From assembly GCA_964016885.1 (NCBI GenBank), contig OZ024756.1, forward strand, positions 15,624,001 through 15,688,000: 64,000 nucleotides of DNA, in the 5' to 3' direction. A program made the position numbers and the translations under genes. Below, piece after piece: positions 28,734 to 45,158 of this stretch. The notes beneath the pieces are model-generated. The model did no database searches. It was not told where the DNA came from and saw nothing but the letters and a program-made list of their open reading frames with translations. Positions within the stretch are counted from its first letter, which is position 1. Each line of letters starts with the position of its first letter. The stretch comes from Eledone cirrhosa (taxonomy: Eukaryota).

Positions 28734-29056
28734 CTCACTCTCTCTGTCTCTCTCTCTCTCTCGAATGTGTATATATGTATATATAATAAATAAATAACAA
28801 AGAACGCTTATAGCATATGCATATCTTTACTTGCTAACATTGTTTCATCCACACTATAAGTGGGACTCATCAGAGCATAAAGGTTAATTACATACCATAC
28901 AAGCAATAACAAATCCAAGACATTGAAGAATGAAAGGTAATAATAGACGATAGAGGATAAGAATAAAAAAGTAAATAAAAATAAAAGTGAAAATAAAAAT
29001 AAAAATAAAAATAAGGGGTGCTATCTGTCACAGTTGGGCGGTGTGCTGTCAACATA

Positions 29057-29148
<92 letters not shown>

Positions 29149-29635
29149 CACACACACATTCGTTTTTATCTGAAAACGTGTGTTGAAACAGATATTGTTA
29201 TACTTTGGGAGGGTCAACGGAGTAAAGGACTCGCGTATATCCCTGTAATTTAATGAGCTGAAAGGAAAAAATTCCTGGGCACTTCAAAATCCAATATAGA
29301 GAGAAAAGACACTTGAGATCATGTTTTCATTTACAGGGAGTATAAGACCATTAGAGTGAAAAACATATAAACTACGAAAGGTTTGGGAAATACATTATAA
29401 TTAAAAGGATAAATTAAAAGGAAATAACCTTATAACTAAATGACAACCTTATAACTAAATGACACCCTTATAACTAAATGACAACCTTATAACTAAATGA
29501 CACATGTACAGACTCACTAGGAGAATGTTTCACCATAAATTATTGAGGGAGCCCAATTCAGCCTTCTAGATCGCCAGCATGTGTTAAGTAGATACGTCCC
29601 ACACTACTATATATGTATAAATATATATACATGTA

Positions 29636-30570
29636 CTAGCTGAGTAACCCGTCGTTGCCGAGGAATAACCACGATAGTATGACTTTATTTCAATTTCTTT
29701 TTATTACATGTCTTCTCTGAAAGATAGTCCGCTTGATGAGGACATCCAATGTAAAGCTGACCACGGGTGAAGCAGGGCTCTTCAACGTGTAAACCGGCAA
29801 CTGAAAATGTTTATCCTTGTGATTTGTTGATGGTCATGGCAAAACTAAGACTCACTGGAAATTGAAGTCATTTGTATTAAAATAAGACATCTGTGGGGAT
29901 AAAAAGAATTCTTGGAACGAACACATCCTCTCCCCTACCACATCCTGTTGAAATGGTGGCTTGAATCACGTGTGGATACATATTTTTCACAAACAATCAA
30001 ATTCCATTGCATAGCCTGGGGTGGGTCAAAATTCCTCAATAACATGATGGGTGCTCCTTCTTTAAGGTGAAGGACATGTGGAGGCATTCCTGGTGGTTCT
30101 AAAGAGTTGAGGAACTCTGTTGGGTAATTGACAGCTTCTGGCAGTATCGACAGATCGATAGAGCTTCGAAACTTTTTGAATTCTTTTAACAGCGCTTGAT
30201 TTACCAATTTCACAGTCACATTTTTCGGATCTAATATAGCCATTTCATTGAGCTACTTGTGGCTTGTGAACTGATATTCAAGATTAGGGAACAGTTTTTC
30301 TATGAGATGGAATAATGATTCCACCATCGTGCCTGTGTGACTTATATCAATAGCTCCCTTATTATCTACAAGAAGTCTACTCTCCTTAAACATTAATAGA
30401 TTCTGGGAGAACTGCTCTGATTGTTCGGCTTTACCAAGATTTGCCCTCATGTTTGTAGCGAGCTTCAAAACTTTGGTATAAGCCCAAAGTGTTGATTTTC
30501 TTCAAACAGGCTCAGATTTGATCAATCCTATTGCCTTTTGGAATGACTGGGAGAGTTTGACTAAAATCTA
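29636..30570 (-). mobile_element. Helitron 3' fragment (PIF1-like helicase pseudogene and canonical 3' end)
   Basis: Minus strand gives DFSQTLPVIPKG, LATNMR, YPTEFLNSLEPPGMPPHVLHLKEGAPIMLLRN and QFPVSLSFAMTINKSQG. A subterminal hairpin CTCGGCAACGACGGG is followed by CTAG|T at 29636. Confidence 0.9.
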
Positions 30571-30619
30571 CAACTACTACTACTACTACTACTACCATGA
30601 CCACCACGATCACGACCAT

Positions 30620-30688
<69 letters not shown>

Positions 30689-30771
30689 CACCACTACCAC
30701 CACTACCACCAACAACACAGTATATATATATGTGTGTCTGTACATATACATATGTATATATATATATATAA

Positions 30772-30980
30772 AACGAAGGAAGTGTGGTAAGGAACCAGGT
30801 GGACCATAACGCACCAGAGTACTCAATACTTAGTGTAGTAGAGTGGGTAATAGGAAAATTTTGAAGACCCCGACGGCAGAGCTCAAGCCGTTTCGACGGC
30901 TATTTCTGGACTAAAAAATAGCCGTCCAGAAATAGCCGTCTATACGGCTTGAGCTCTGCCGTCGGGGTCTTGAACATTTT

Positions 30981-31037
<57 letters not shown>

Positions 31038-31057
31038 GCACATATATATGTATATGT

Positions 31058-31124
<67 letters not shown>

Positions 31125-31212
31125 TATATACATGTATACATATACATATATATGTGCGTATATATATATATATAGGAAAATGTTCAAGACCCCGACGGCA
31201 GAGCTCAAGCCG
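30772..31212 (-). mobile_element. Family P PLE terminal fragment with fold-back palindrome and an extra partial arm
   Basis: Palindrome at 30850-30985, plus a further 40-bp arm at 31172-31212 beyond a TA-rich spacer. Confidence 0.7.
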
Positions 31213-31377
31213 TATATATATATATATAAAAATATATAGAGAGAGATTTTTAAAGCGATGAAATACCAATGAAGGTTGGAAAATCACTGATGAGGGACTA
31301 TTTTTTCATATGTAACCCATGTGCAACCACGCAACACTCAATTCTTCTCATGTTTATATATATATATATATATATAT

Positions 31378-31972
31378 ATGGTGGCTGCCAACTCGTTTTC
31401 GAGTACGGCCACTACTTTATATCCATGTAGGAGAACCCCTACCGATGCGCTGAACGAGTGTGACTTTTTAGTCCAGCCAGCGACTTGAAAACTCTGGTAC
31501 AAACACTACACTTGTGACAATTATTGACACATAGTGCTGGGCCCATGGTACCATGTGACGACAAGTGCAGAGAGATCTCCAGATATAAAGCAATGCCTGT
31601 GCCGTGAAGCTATTATAGTGAGCGAAGGCACTGCACAAAGCCAGTCCCACTCTCTTAACCAAAATATTTACCAAAAAGAAGAACAAGTCAACATCATTGG
31701 ATACCATCAGGGTTGCAGAGTTTTCCTTCTCCTAAAATTCTGCCTTGACAAAGGCTAAGGGGTCATCTCTCCCGGTGATTTTAGATGGCCATTGAATCTT
31801 AAGAGCTCCTTTGCCATTTGACAGGTTTTGTTTTTTAGTCCTGCAGGATGTCCAAAGTCACCCTCTTCACCAAGAAACCTTGGTGGGGTTGCCAGTTTAG
31901 TCGCCAACGACCCGACCATGAGACAGGTTGTACTGGGATACATGTTACCAGTAGCACTAACTGGTGACCTGA
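31378..31972 (-). mobile_element. Non-autonomous RTE-derived element of about 600 bp
   Basis: Reverse-complement copy of 27425-28028. Confidence 0.75.
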
Positions 31973-32078
31973 CATACATATACATATATATATATACGCA
32001 CATATATATGTATATGTGTGTATATATATATGTATACGTGTGTATATATATATATGTATATGTGTGTATATATATATA

Positions 32079-32111
<33 letters not shown>

Positions 32112-32219
32112 GTGTGTCTATATATATATATGTATATGTGTGTATATGTATATATGTATACGTGTGTATATATATATATATGTATATGTGTGTGTATATA
32201 TATATATATATGTATATGA

Positions 32220-32253
<34 letters not shown>

Positions 32254-32397
32254 CTTTGAAACTTTGAAATGTTTTGGCCAGTATTGGCCCAGGCCATGTC
32301 TAACTTAATAGCACCACCTGGCGAAGTCTTTCAATTCAGGATTTGGGCACCATGGCCCATTCGAGAAGAGAATTACTGTTTGCGGAGACATATCCGG

Positions 32398-32484
<87 letters not shown>

Positions 32485-32502
32485 ATATATATATATATAT
32501 GT

Positions 32503-32662
<160 letters not shown>

Positions 32663-32779
32663 GTATACATATATATATATATATGTATATATGTATACGT
32701 GTGTATATATATATGTATATATGTATACGTGTGTATATATATATATATATGTATATGTATGTATATATATATATGTATA

Positions 32780-32846
<67 letters not shown>

Positions 32847-33023
32847 GTATATGTGTGTATATGTATATATGTATACGTGTGTATATATATATATATGTAT
32901 ATGTGTGTATATGTATATATGTATATGTGTGTATATATATGTATATGTATATATATATATGTATATGTGTATATATATATATATGTGTATATATATATAT
33001 ATGTATATGTGTGTGTATATATT

Positions 33024-33108
<85 letters not shown>

Positions 33109-33125
33109 GTGTGTATATATACATA

Positions 33126-33205
<80 letters not shown>

Positions 33206-33327
33206 AACCAACCCAGGATCTGATTCGAACTCAGAGCACTGACAGTAGCTCTGAAAGCCAGGTATACAAATACATATACACACAGACATATATAGACTCA
33301 CACAGACACACACAGACATACACACAG

Positions 33328-33359
<32 letters not shown>

Positions 33360-33435
33360 AGACACACACACACACACACACACAGAGACGCACACAGACA
33401 CACAGACACACACACACAGACACACACATACACAG

Positions 33436-33469
<34 letters not shown>

Positions 33470-33480
33470 ACACATACACA

Positions 33481-33517
<37 letters not shown>

Positions 33518-33697
33518 ACAGACATACACACAGACACACACATACGCAGACACACACACACACACACACAGACACACACAGACATACACAGACACACACA
33601 TACACAGACACACACACAGACACACACACAGACACACACACACACACACGCACACAGACGCACACAGACACACACAGACACACACAGACACACTCAG

Positions 33698-33728
<31 letters not shown>

Positions 33729-34694
33729 TACACACACACACAGAAGACACACACAGAAGACACACACAGGCATACACACAGACACACACACACAGAGACA
33801 CACACACACACAGACACACACAGACACACACACACAGACACACACTCACAGACACACAGACATACACACAGTCACACACACAGACAGACACACAGACACA
33901 CACACACAGACATACACACACACAGACACACACAGACATACACACACACACAGATACACACAGACATACACACACACACAGACAGACACACACACGCAAC
34001 AACGAAGAAACAGAAAATTCATTAAGTCCCCCTCCTTCCCATCCACTTCCACCTCCACCACTCTTGATAATCTGTGTAAGAGTGTGTGTGTGTGGGTGTA
34101 TGTGTGTGTGTATGTGTATGTATGTGTGTGTGTATGTGTGTGTCAGTGAATGTGTGTGTATGTGAGTATGTATGTGTGTGTGTCTATGTAAGAGAGTGTG
34201 TGTGTGCGCCTGTGTGACTGCGTGTGTGACTGCGTGTGTGTGTCAGTGAATGTGTGTGTATGTGAATGTGTATGTGTGTGTCCGTGGGTGTGTATGTGTG
34301 TGTGAGTATGTAATATGTGTACGTCTGTATATGTGTATGTGTATGTGTATGTGAGTGTGTATATGTATATGTGTGTGGGAGTATATGTATATATGTATGT
34401 CTGTATGTATATATGTATATGTATATATATATGTGTGTCTATGGGTGTATATGTATATAAGTATATCTATATCTATATATGTATATGTATATGTATGTGT
34501 GTGTGTGTATGTGTATATGTATATATGTATGTCTGTATCTAGTTTTGTATATGTATGTGTATGTGTGTCAGTATATGTATATATGTATGTCTCTATCTAT
34601 CTATATATATATATATATATATATGGGTGTGTATATATATATATGTATGTATGTTTGTATATGTATGTGTGTGTATATGTATATATGTATTATG

Positions 34695-34725
<31 letters not shown>

Positions 34726-34831
34726 ATATATATGTATATGTGTGGGGGGGGGGGGGTATATGTATATATGTATATCTATATATACTGTATATATATATAT
34801 GTATATCCATATATACTGTATATATATACTG

Positions 34832-34904
<73 letters not shown>

Positions 34905-34973
34905 ATATTTATATATATGTGTGTGTGTGTGTGTCTGTGTGGGTGTATATGTATATATGTATATCTATATATA

Positions 34974-35068
<95 letters not shown>

Positions 35069-35449
35069 CGTACGTATGTATATGTGTGTATATATATCGC
35101 CCACTACCGATTCTTGTATATATAATATTGCCTCGAATGATTATCACACCGTTTCCAGTAGACACATGTTTTAAACAACATATTCTGAAATACTTTGACT
35201 GGTGTCTCACTTAGTAGACAGCGGCCATGCTGAGGCAACACCTTCAACGAAGGATTTAATCGATTATATATATATATATATATATATATATACCCTCACC
35301 TCACCCCACTCTACCCGTCTCCCAGTAGCTTCTTTCTTTCTTTCTTTCGAACCTATTTTATCGATCACGTTTTTTGGGGGTTTTTTTTTTTTTGTTCCTT
35401 CGAACCGTTAAATTAAGAGACATCAACACACATAAACACGCACACATAC

Positions 35450-35481
<32 letters not shown>

Positions 35482-35533
35482 GTAGACACACATAAACACA
35501 CGTACATACACGAACACACATACATATACACAT

Positions 35534-35607
<74 letters not shown>

Positions 35608-35664
35608 CGTATCTCTGTCCTCAGGTGTACTTTACCCGGTTTTCTTGACTATTATTCGTTGGGA

Positions 35665-35723
<59 letters not shown>

Positions 35724-35784
35724 CACAATACACACATCACACATACATATACATAATTATTACACTCACACACACACACACACA

Positions 35785-35841
<57 letters not shown>

Positions 35842-35902
35842 CACAATACACACATCACACATACATATACATAATTATTACACTCACACACACACACACA
35901 CA

Positions 35903-35975
<73 letters not shown>

Positions 35976-36036
35976 CACAATACACACATCACACATACAT
36001 ATACATAATTATTACACTCACACACACACACACACA

Positions 36037-36119
<83 letters not shown>

Positions 36120-36376
36120 CACAATACACACATCACACATACATATACATAATTATTACACTCACACACACATATATATATATATATGTATATATATATT
36201 ACAATCAAGTTTTAACCTATTCCACCGTATGTGTGTATATTTAACTCTAACTGCCGCATGTATGTTTATATGTATGCAACAACAACAACAACAAAAGCAA
36301 CAACAACAACAACAACAACAACAAAAGCAACAACAACAACAACAACATCAACAACATCAACAACAACAATAGCAAG

Positions 36377-36687
36377 ATGGATATATTTTGGCATTTTCTG
36401 TATTTTCTCTATGTTGTTGCTATGGCCGGATCCTGTTGTTTGGGATTGGAACAGTTGACCCAGGAGGAATATAACAGACTGGAAAGGTTGATAGCCGAGT
36501 CTGTCCGTTGTTCTAATGGCCATGCGGCCAGTGTTGTTCTCGTACGTAACACAACTATTGTCTACAAGAATGGTTACGGTCAAGGAATTCCGATCATAGA
36601 CGACGACACCTTATTCTGTATCGGAGGTCTCACCAAACTCTTCACCGCTGTTTTACTCTCGCAAGTTATTGGTGCTCGCAACAGCAG
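36377..36687 (+). CDS. First coding exon of a secreted serine beta-lactamase/AmpC-fold protein
   Basis: ATG plus hydrophobic signal-like N-terminus, then ASVVLVRNTTIVYKNGYG and DDDTLFCIGGLTKLFTAVLL (family pattern T.F.IgS.TK.fta). Donor AG|GTAAGC at 36688, phase 2. Confidence 0.85.
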
Positions 36688-37128
36688 GTAAGCAATACCT
36701 TAAGACAGTATATATATATATATATATATACATTTATACCTACCTACATACATACATACATACATACATACATACATACATACATACATACATACATACA
36801 TACATACATACATACATACATGCATGCATACATACATACATACATACATACATACATACATGCATACATACATACATACATACATACATACATACATACA
36901 TACATACATACATACATGCATACATACATACATACATACATACATACATACATGCATGCATACATACATGCATACATACATACATACATACAAACATACA
37001 TACATACATACATACATACATACATACATACATACATACATACATACATACATACATACATACATACATACATACATACATACATGCATGCATACATACA
37101 TGCATACATACATACATACATACATACA

Positions 37129-37207
<79 letters not shown>

Positions 37208-37275
37208 GGATTAACAAATAATAGTTAAATGCAGTCCACTTAGGTGAAGTCCAGTTATGGTATTCCAGGTAGTGG

Positions 37276-37317
<42 letters not shown>

Positions 37318-37535
37318 GAAAAATTTGAACAGGGACAGAACAGAGAGGCAGTACAATATATATATGAGATTCTACAGGACTAGAACTGTTTCATTCTTTA
37401 GAAATCATCATGATTTCTAAAGAATGAAACAGTTCTAGTCCTGTAGAATCTCATCTATATTAAAACTGTTATACTCTGCAATGTATTGAGTACCTTACTT
37501 ACTGTGGTTACCCCTCCGATTCAACCCGGAATAAC

Positions 37536-37643
<108 letters not shown>

Positions 37644-37792
37644 ATATTAAATAAATGGAAACTAAATATAGTTTCCATTTATTTAATATCATTGTATTGT
37701 ATATTATAACTCCAGAAAATCTGTCGAGAGCTCTGAATCAGTTATAAACATTTATATTTGTTGAATTACCAACAAATTGAATATCTCTTCTG

Positions 37793-37873
<81 letters not shown>

Positions 37874-38879
37874 TATTTATCTATATTTCGCGCCATCGAC
37901 TTTCCTATTTGCATGTATTCTATCTATCTATCTATATCTATCTATCTATCCATCCATCTATCTATATATCTATCTATCTATCTAACTTGCTTGTATGTAT
38001 TTTTCGTTGTTGTTTTTTTCTTTTAGAACAAAAGTTTTCTTTTTTTTTCACAAGTAAAATTGGTCTTAAAATAGTTTAAGATGCTTTTTAAAATACTTAA
38101 AATTATTTTTAAATTGTTATAAATTCTTTAAAATTGTCAAAATAGTTTTGAAAGGTTAAATATGATTTTTTAAACTGGCTAAAGAATGGCAAGAATTAGT
38201 TGAAATTGTTTTATAATCGTTTGGCTCAAAGAAACTCATTTTATACAATGATTTTTCATTTCGGCATAAGGCCAACAATTTTTTTTTTTTGGGGGGGGGG
38301 GGGGGGGTCGATTAAAGTGACCCCAATGCATTACATGTTTATAAAATCCTATTATTTCGGGGTCGATAAAGAAAGTAGCATCCTAATGCTGGTGATGCCC
38401 AGCTGTCATATTCTAGTTGTTCCGCTGGAGGGACGGGACAGTCGAGAGGGCCTGCACTGAAAGTATAACATATATTACCAAATCGCAGACCTATTGATTC
38501 TCCCCATTCTACGGGGACATCTCTCACCCACTTTGCGGTGGGTGAGAGATGTCTTCTCTTGTGAAAATCAGTATAGCTTTCATTATGTAAAAATCTCTCC
38601 ACTTTCCCTCCTTTCTCCCCGTTTAGGGGGACACTTTCTTTTCATGGTATTCCCCGTTTGAGTTTTTAGACGTTGGCAAGACTAAAGTGGTCCTCGATTG
38701 CCAGTAAAGACCATAGTATATATCAACCCCAGTACTTGATTGGTGTTTTACTTTATTAACCCCATTCCCCTAACCCACCCCCACAAGGCTGAAAAGCAAA
38801 GTCTACCTTGGCGGGATTTGAGCAAAAAAAAACCTGTAACTAAAAATGACATTCGAAGGAAATCACCAGGAAAGCTTTC

Positions 38880-38908
38880 CTGATGATTTCCTTCGAATGA
38901 AACAGTTC
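38880..38908 (+). ncRNA. Minimal hammerhead-like motif (family H4)
   Basis: CTGATGA-TTTC-CTTC-GAAT-GAAACAGTTC. The stem II pairs match the 4678-4706 copy but the loop differs. Confidence 0.5.
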
Positions 38909-39609
38909 TAGTCCTGTAGAAGTCATTTCTATATTAAATCTTGTATATACTCTACTATGTATTGAGTACCTCACTTACTGTGGTTACCCCCGTTTGAATC
39001 CGAGACTCACACACACACATACATACATACATATATATATATAATAGAAAAACGAGGAAGTTTCCAGTATTTCACCGTACTACATACACTATATATATAT
39101 ATGTGTGTGTGTGTGTGTGAGTGTGTGAGTGTGTATGTGTGTGTGTATGTGTGTGTGCGTGTATACTAATTAATTTTAACTCCTACTAAGGGTTTCTTTC
39201 TCCTCTTTTTTTAGTCGATGAAAGAATGCGTTCCTTCATTGCGACCTCAGAGAGAGCGAGAGAGAGAGGGGGGAGATAACATACACACACACAAAGAGAG
39301 ACACACACATACAAAATACACTAGAGGCTGGGAAATCCATCCATTTAATACATTCAGTTACCTCCCCTTTCTTGTTTGTACGGGGGTTTCCCACACTTTT
39401 GATCTGAAAAACGAAATACCCCCACCCATATATATATACACACACACACACACGCACACACACACATATATATATATATATTTATACACACACACATACA
39501 TATACAATATATATATTCATACACAAACACACACACATACACATACATACATATATACGTGACCACATTAAGGTAATATATGGTATAGATTCACTCTCTA
39601 AAGTTACCC

Positions 39610-39687
<78 letters not shown>

Positions 39688-39724
39688 ACTTTCTCTCTCT
39701 CTCTCTCTCTCATATAACATGACA

Positions 39725-40137
39725 TGGATGTTGCAGGCTTCTCCTCCCAACTCAAGCCAGCGGGGCTGGACCGAGAGAGGAGCAAAACCCTCTTCCCGTT
39801 CCACGGTGGTAAACCCCCTCATCTGGGATGCCACATGCTGCGACATATTCTCCAGCAGCAGCCTGGTGCAGTCTGCGACTAACCCAGACGCTGCTGCACT
39901 TCGGGCCGAAGAGGGTAAACTCTTCAAATATCGGTCACACTGCGACACGTTTGTGGTCGAGCCCGTAGCAGTGAAGACTTCAAATATCGGTCACACTGCG
40001 ACATGTTTGTGGTCGAGCCCGTAGCAGTGAAGACTTCAAATATCGATCACACTGCGACATGTTTGTGGTCGAGCCGTAGCAGTGAAGACTTCAAATATCG
40101 GTGGCTCTCCAGCATGGTTGTGGTCGAGCCCGTAGCA
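39725..40137 (+). mobile_element. CRE-like RLE endonuclease fragment ending in a 56-bp tandem repeat
   Basis: LIWDATCCD...AAALRAEEGKLFKY...VEPVAVKTS. The 56-bp unit starts at 39922, 39978 and onward (about 4 copies). Confidence 0.65.
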
Positions 40138-40199
40138 TCGCACGCTGTTGATACTGATACGGATTTTATTTCTTTATATAAGGAGGGGTTATATAAGGG

Positions 40200-40952
40200 C
40201 AGTGGATTGGCAGTATCGGTAGAGAGTCGGACGCCATGCTTTGCAGCATGGAGTTACAGCCCTTTACGTTCTCAGTTCAAAATCCCGCCGAGGTTAACTT
40301 TGCCTTTCATCCTTATGGGGTTGATAAAATAAAGTACCTGTAATGCACTGGGGTAATTGCTGGCCTTATGCCTAAATCTGAAACCATTATGTAAGGAGGG
40401 GTTGGTTGACAGAATCGGTAGCGCGTCGCCCAAAATGCCTTTACTGTACTTGTTGAGTCTCTTTAATCTGAGGTCAACTTAAATTTTCCTTTTTCCGGTA
40501 TCAGTTATGCATTGGGGGTCGATGTAATCAACTTTCCCACACCTCCCACCTACAAATTGTTGGTCTTGTGTCAAAATCAGAACCATTATTTCATTTCCAG
40601 CATAGTTACGTCCCTTTACGATCTGAGTTCAAATCCTGCCGAGGTTAACTTTGCCTTTCATCCTTACGGGGTCGATAAAATAAAGCACTAGTAATTTACT
40701 GGGTAATTTTCTGGCCTCGTGCCTAAAATAGAAACAATTATTTCATTATATATATATTGGCAGTGGTTTGGCAGTATCGGTGGAGCGTTAGACACCATGC
40801 TTTGCAGCAGAGAGTTATGGCCCTTTACGTTCTGAGTTCAAATCCCGCCGAGGTTAACTTGGCCTTTCATCCTTATGGGGTCGATAAAATAAAGTACCAG
40901 TAATGAACTGGGATAATTGCTGGCCTTGTGCCAAAAGTAGAAACAATTATTT
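40200..40952 (+). mobile_element. Cluster of four same-orientation SINE family A copies
   Basis: Copies at about 40200-40390, 40400-40590, 40595-40742 and 40763-40952. Confidence 0.75.
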
Positions 40953-41009
40953 CATTATATATAGTATATATATATATATATATATATCGTTTCTGAATTT
41001 GTTTAGCAA

Positions 41010-41548
41010 GATTCTTTATCTGAAAACATGTGTTGAAACCGATATTGTTCTACTTTAGGAGGGTCATGTTGCCAATAAGAAACACACGCACCAGTTGCTT
41101 TCACTTCAATTTATTATAAATTAAATTTATAAATTAAATTTATAAAATTAGGAATTTATAAATTTCCGGTTGGTTAGTTGGTTCCACAACCAGACGATTG
41201 TTCATATATTGTCAAAGTCCTTTCGTCACACATTCTGTGACCTCTTCAGTGACTGGGATTCTTTTCTTTGTTTTTGTGCCTCTCCTTTGTTCTGTCCTAC
41301 GCCATCTTGTTTTTGTGTGTGTTGTGTGCTTAGTTTGCGCATGTGTTACATCCGGGTGTCTGTGTGTGTTTATATTTGTTTATATACATGTTACTGGTTG
41401 GTTGTTTGTTCTATGTGTGTGTGTGTGTTTTCATTTTGTCCTTAATTGTAAGTTGTGATGTTGCTGTTCCATTCATGTTTATAATAAATTGAAGTGAAAG
41501 CAACTGGTGCGTGTGTTTCTTATTGGCAACATGACCCTCCCAAAGCAT

Positions 41549-41555
<7 letters not shown>
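41010..41555. repeat. Unclassified interspersed repeat with inverted end (family Q)
   Basis: GGAGGGTCATGTTGCCAATAAGAAACACACGCACCAG occurs forward at about 41058 and inverted at about 41503-41540. Other copies lie at 24450-24950, 29160-29217 and 57296-57748. Confidence 0.7.
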
Positions 41556-41592
<37 letters not shown>

Positions 41593-41900
41593 AAATAGTA
41601 AAAAGCAAAAAGATACAGTAGATAATGATGGAGGGATTTTTTCACTATAATATCAAAACATTTATTTATAAAGTGGGTATTTCCGCATTTAATCGTGGTA
41701 CCGGTTTCAGCATTATATGCTTTTTCAACAACGGAAATGTAAAGTGCAGTTAAATTGCATATTTATACGAATAATAATAAAATGGAGAAGAAAAATGATT
41801 AGTTTTTACATACATATTTAGAGAGGACAGTCCATGTTTCTTTCGCTCTCTACTAGTTGACCAACTATATATATCAACTCGTCTGTCACTTTTCTACATT

Positions 41901-41995
<95 letters not shown>

Positions 41996-44354
41996 CATAC
42001 ATAGGAATTATGATATAGATATTTCCACCTGGCCCATGGATGACTTTTACTGTAAGAAAAATTCGGCTGAAATGTCAAGTCTAACGCGATTGTCCAGCTT
42101 TCTTCCTAACAGTCTCGGATTGAGGGGGCCAAAGATGGAGAGAGAGTGTGTGTGAGTGAGAAAACGAGAGAGACAGTGAGAGAAAGAGGGTGTGTGTGTG
42201 AGAGAGAAGGGAAGGAGGGAGAGTGTGTGTGAAAGAGAGAGTGAGAGAGATATATAGAGGAAGACTCAACCCATCCCCATAGTACTGAACTGGTACTCCA
42301 TTTATTGACCTCGAAAGGATGGAAATCAAATATGACTTCGGCTGGATTTGAACTCAGAACATAAAGAACCTTAACTAAATGCCGCAAGACATTTAATCAG
42401 GTGCTCTACTGATCTGATTCTGTTAATCCACAGCCCTTAGAACGTCGGATAGAATGTGTTGCTGTATTCGTCCCGGCTCTCAGCTCCTCCTTCAGTTCAA
42501 ATCCCGACGAGGTCAACTTTGCCTGTCATCCTTTCATGGTCGATAAATAAAGTAACACTGTAGTACTTAAGTCGATTCTTCCGCTATGTTTAAAATACCC
42601 AACATTTCAACGAGGACGTATATCATAACGGCGCCCCTACGACACAATCAGAAGTTAAGAGCCCATACATGTACTTTTCCCTCACAAATATGTGGTCTTG
42701 CGGAAGAAAAATCTTGTTTTTTTTTATAGCTATTCCCTGTTGGGGGTATTTAATTCACGTTGATACAGTCCCCAGGGGGGGCTGGTGTATGCCGTCACTG
42801 GAAATAATTAATATATCGTGTGTGTGTGTGTCTGTGTATATGAGTATATATGTGTGTATGTATGTATGAATATGTATGCGTGTATATATATAAGTATGTA
42901 CATATGAGTGTGATTAAATATATGTGTGTGTGTGTGTGCGCGCGTGTACACTCGAGTGTGTGTAATATAAGGAGAAGCATAGGCAGAGTCGTTGGAGCGC
43001 CAAATGGAATGTTTGTCATGTATGTATGTACGTGTATGTACGTAGGTGTATACCTATATATAAATGTGTCTTTATGTGTATGTGTATGCGTATGTGTACG
43101 CGTCCATGTGTTTGTGTGTGCGCCCGCGTGCTCGTGTGTGTGTGTGTGTCTGTGTGATATAAGTAGAAATATAGGCAGAGTCGTTGGAGCGTCAAACGGA
43201 ATGTTTGTCATGTGCCATGTTCCAGTTCTCTCCAACTTCAAGGCCGATAAATAAAAACAAATTTTCGCAAACCTTTTATTTACACCAAGAAGTAACCGAC
43301 CCCCTTTTAAATCAAATGTTCTTCTTTCTTTTTCCCCGTTCTTCTTTCTTTTGCCGTAAGATAGCGATTGAACCAACCACTGTAAGATGGCGATTTGGTG
43401 GAGTGGTTACAGTGCTGGATAGAAAAGGTATATATTCGGTATTTGTTCCAGCTCACTACGCCCTGAGTTCAAATCCCGACGAAGTCAACTTTGTCTTTCA
43501 TCGATTTGAGGTCGATAAAATAAAGTACCAGTCAAGTAAAGGGGTTGAATTAATCAAATGTTTGTCCTTCCTCAAAAATGTGCTGCACTTGAGCTTAAAT
43601 TGGAAATATGTAGTGTAAGGTGGCCATTTGGCAGAGTTGTAGTGGAGTTGTTTCCACGTCGCGTAACAATAATCTATTCATGCGTGATTTGGTCACTGGT
43701 TGATCAATCGTGAGTCGCGCATGAATATCAATTTCCGCCCAAACAAAGATTTTCGCGCTTCTTTGGTTTCACTATAAACCAGTTGCTGCTTTGGCGTCAA
43801 GACGTAAACATCCATGTTTCCTTGCCGTGTCCACACCAAGCAAAATGTAACGGTATATTACAACTTCGGCCTGGTCGGCGACATGTCAGTTAGCGTCCAT
43901 TTCATTTGCATATAACAACTTTGTAATTCTAATTTGTTTGTTCTCTTAATTTGGCACGCCGACACATCGACACAATTACTTCATTTCTTAAAAGCATGCC
44001 AATGTTCACATCACAGGCATTTTACAATACAATTGAACACACACACATGCATACACGTGTGTGTTTGTTTTAATATATGTGTATGCGTATCTTTGTGTGA
44101 ACGATAAAACACATTTCAGTCAAAAACTAGGTGGCAATTAGATATCGGTTGACAAAGTCGGAACTCTGGAAATTTTAATGGATTCACAATGCTTCCGTTC
44201 CTACGCCGTTCTCTATTAACAGTATAATAAATACTCCATTTAAATAAATAAACTTATATAATAATGATTGTATTGAGATTTTCTATACGTTTGTCACAAA
44301 CACTTCGGTCTGTCAAAAACGTTCTTTCCCCCCCCCCCCCTAGAAAAATACATT

Positions 44355-44850
44355 GAATGTTATATTCCGAAAGCCCCTAGCTTTAAACTTAAAGACCATA
44401 AAAAAGATTTTATGAGTAACCCATCTATTAGATTAATATACCCTTCAACTTCGGATATAGGATTAATTAGTAAAAATATCCTCGATAGAATTATTCCTAC
44501 TATCAAGCAGAAAACTGCACCTAATTTAATGGGAAATAACGATGAAGTTATTGAGTGGTTTAATTAATTAGATAATAAGAATAATGTGAAATTTTTGCAA
44601 TTTGATATCGATAACCATTATGTTTCTATTTCTCCTACTCTCCTTGGTGAAGCATTATCTATGGGTTTAGACCTTACAAATATTACAAAACGGGAAATTG
44701 ATATTGTCTTAAAACCTAGACGTACTATTATTGAATTTGGTGGTAGTTTTGAGACTAGGAAAAATCGTCCAAATATTTTTGATATTACAATGGGTTCAAG
44801 TGATTCGGTCCAAGCAACTGATCTTGTAGGATTATTTCTTTTTTTATAAT
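44355..44850 (+). mobile_element. Penelope-like element RT N-terminal fragment
   Basis: LKDHKKDF..NPSIRLI.P..SDIGLISK.ILD, KFLQFDIDNHYVSIS and [20 protein letters not shown]. One in-frame stop. Confidence 0.8.
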
Positions 44851-44946
44851 GTTTTGGTGTTATTTTATGAGAAAATGGCATTAACATTTTCTACTTTTTT
44901 TCTTATTTTCCTAATATATATCAACTCATGCGTCACTTCTCAACAT

Positions 44947-45158
<212 letters not shown>

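Noticed and set aside
35108-35240. Possible minus-strand hammerhead
   Set aside because: The core is non-canonical and the stems could not be assigned consistently.
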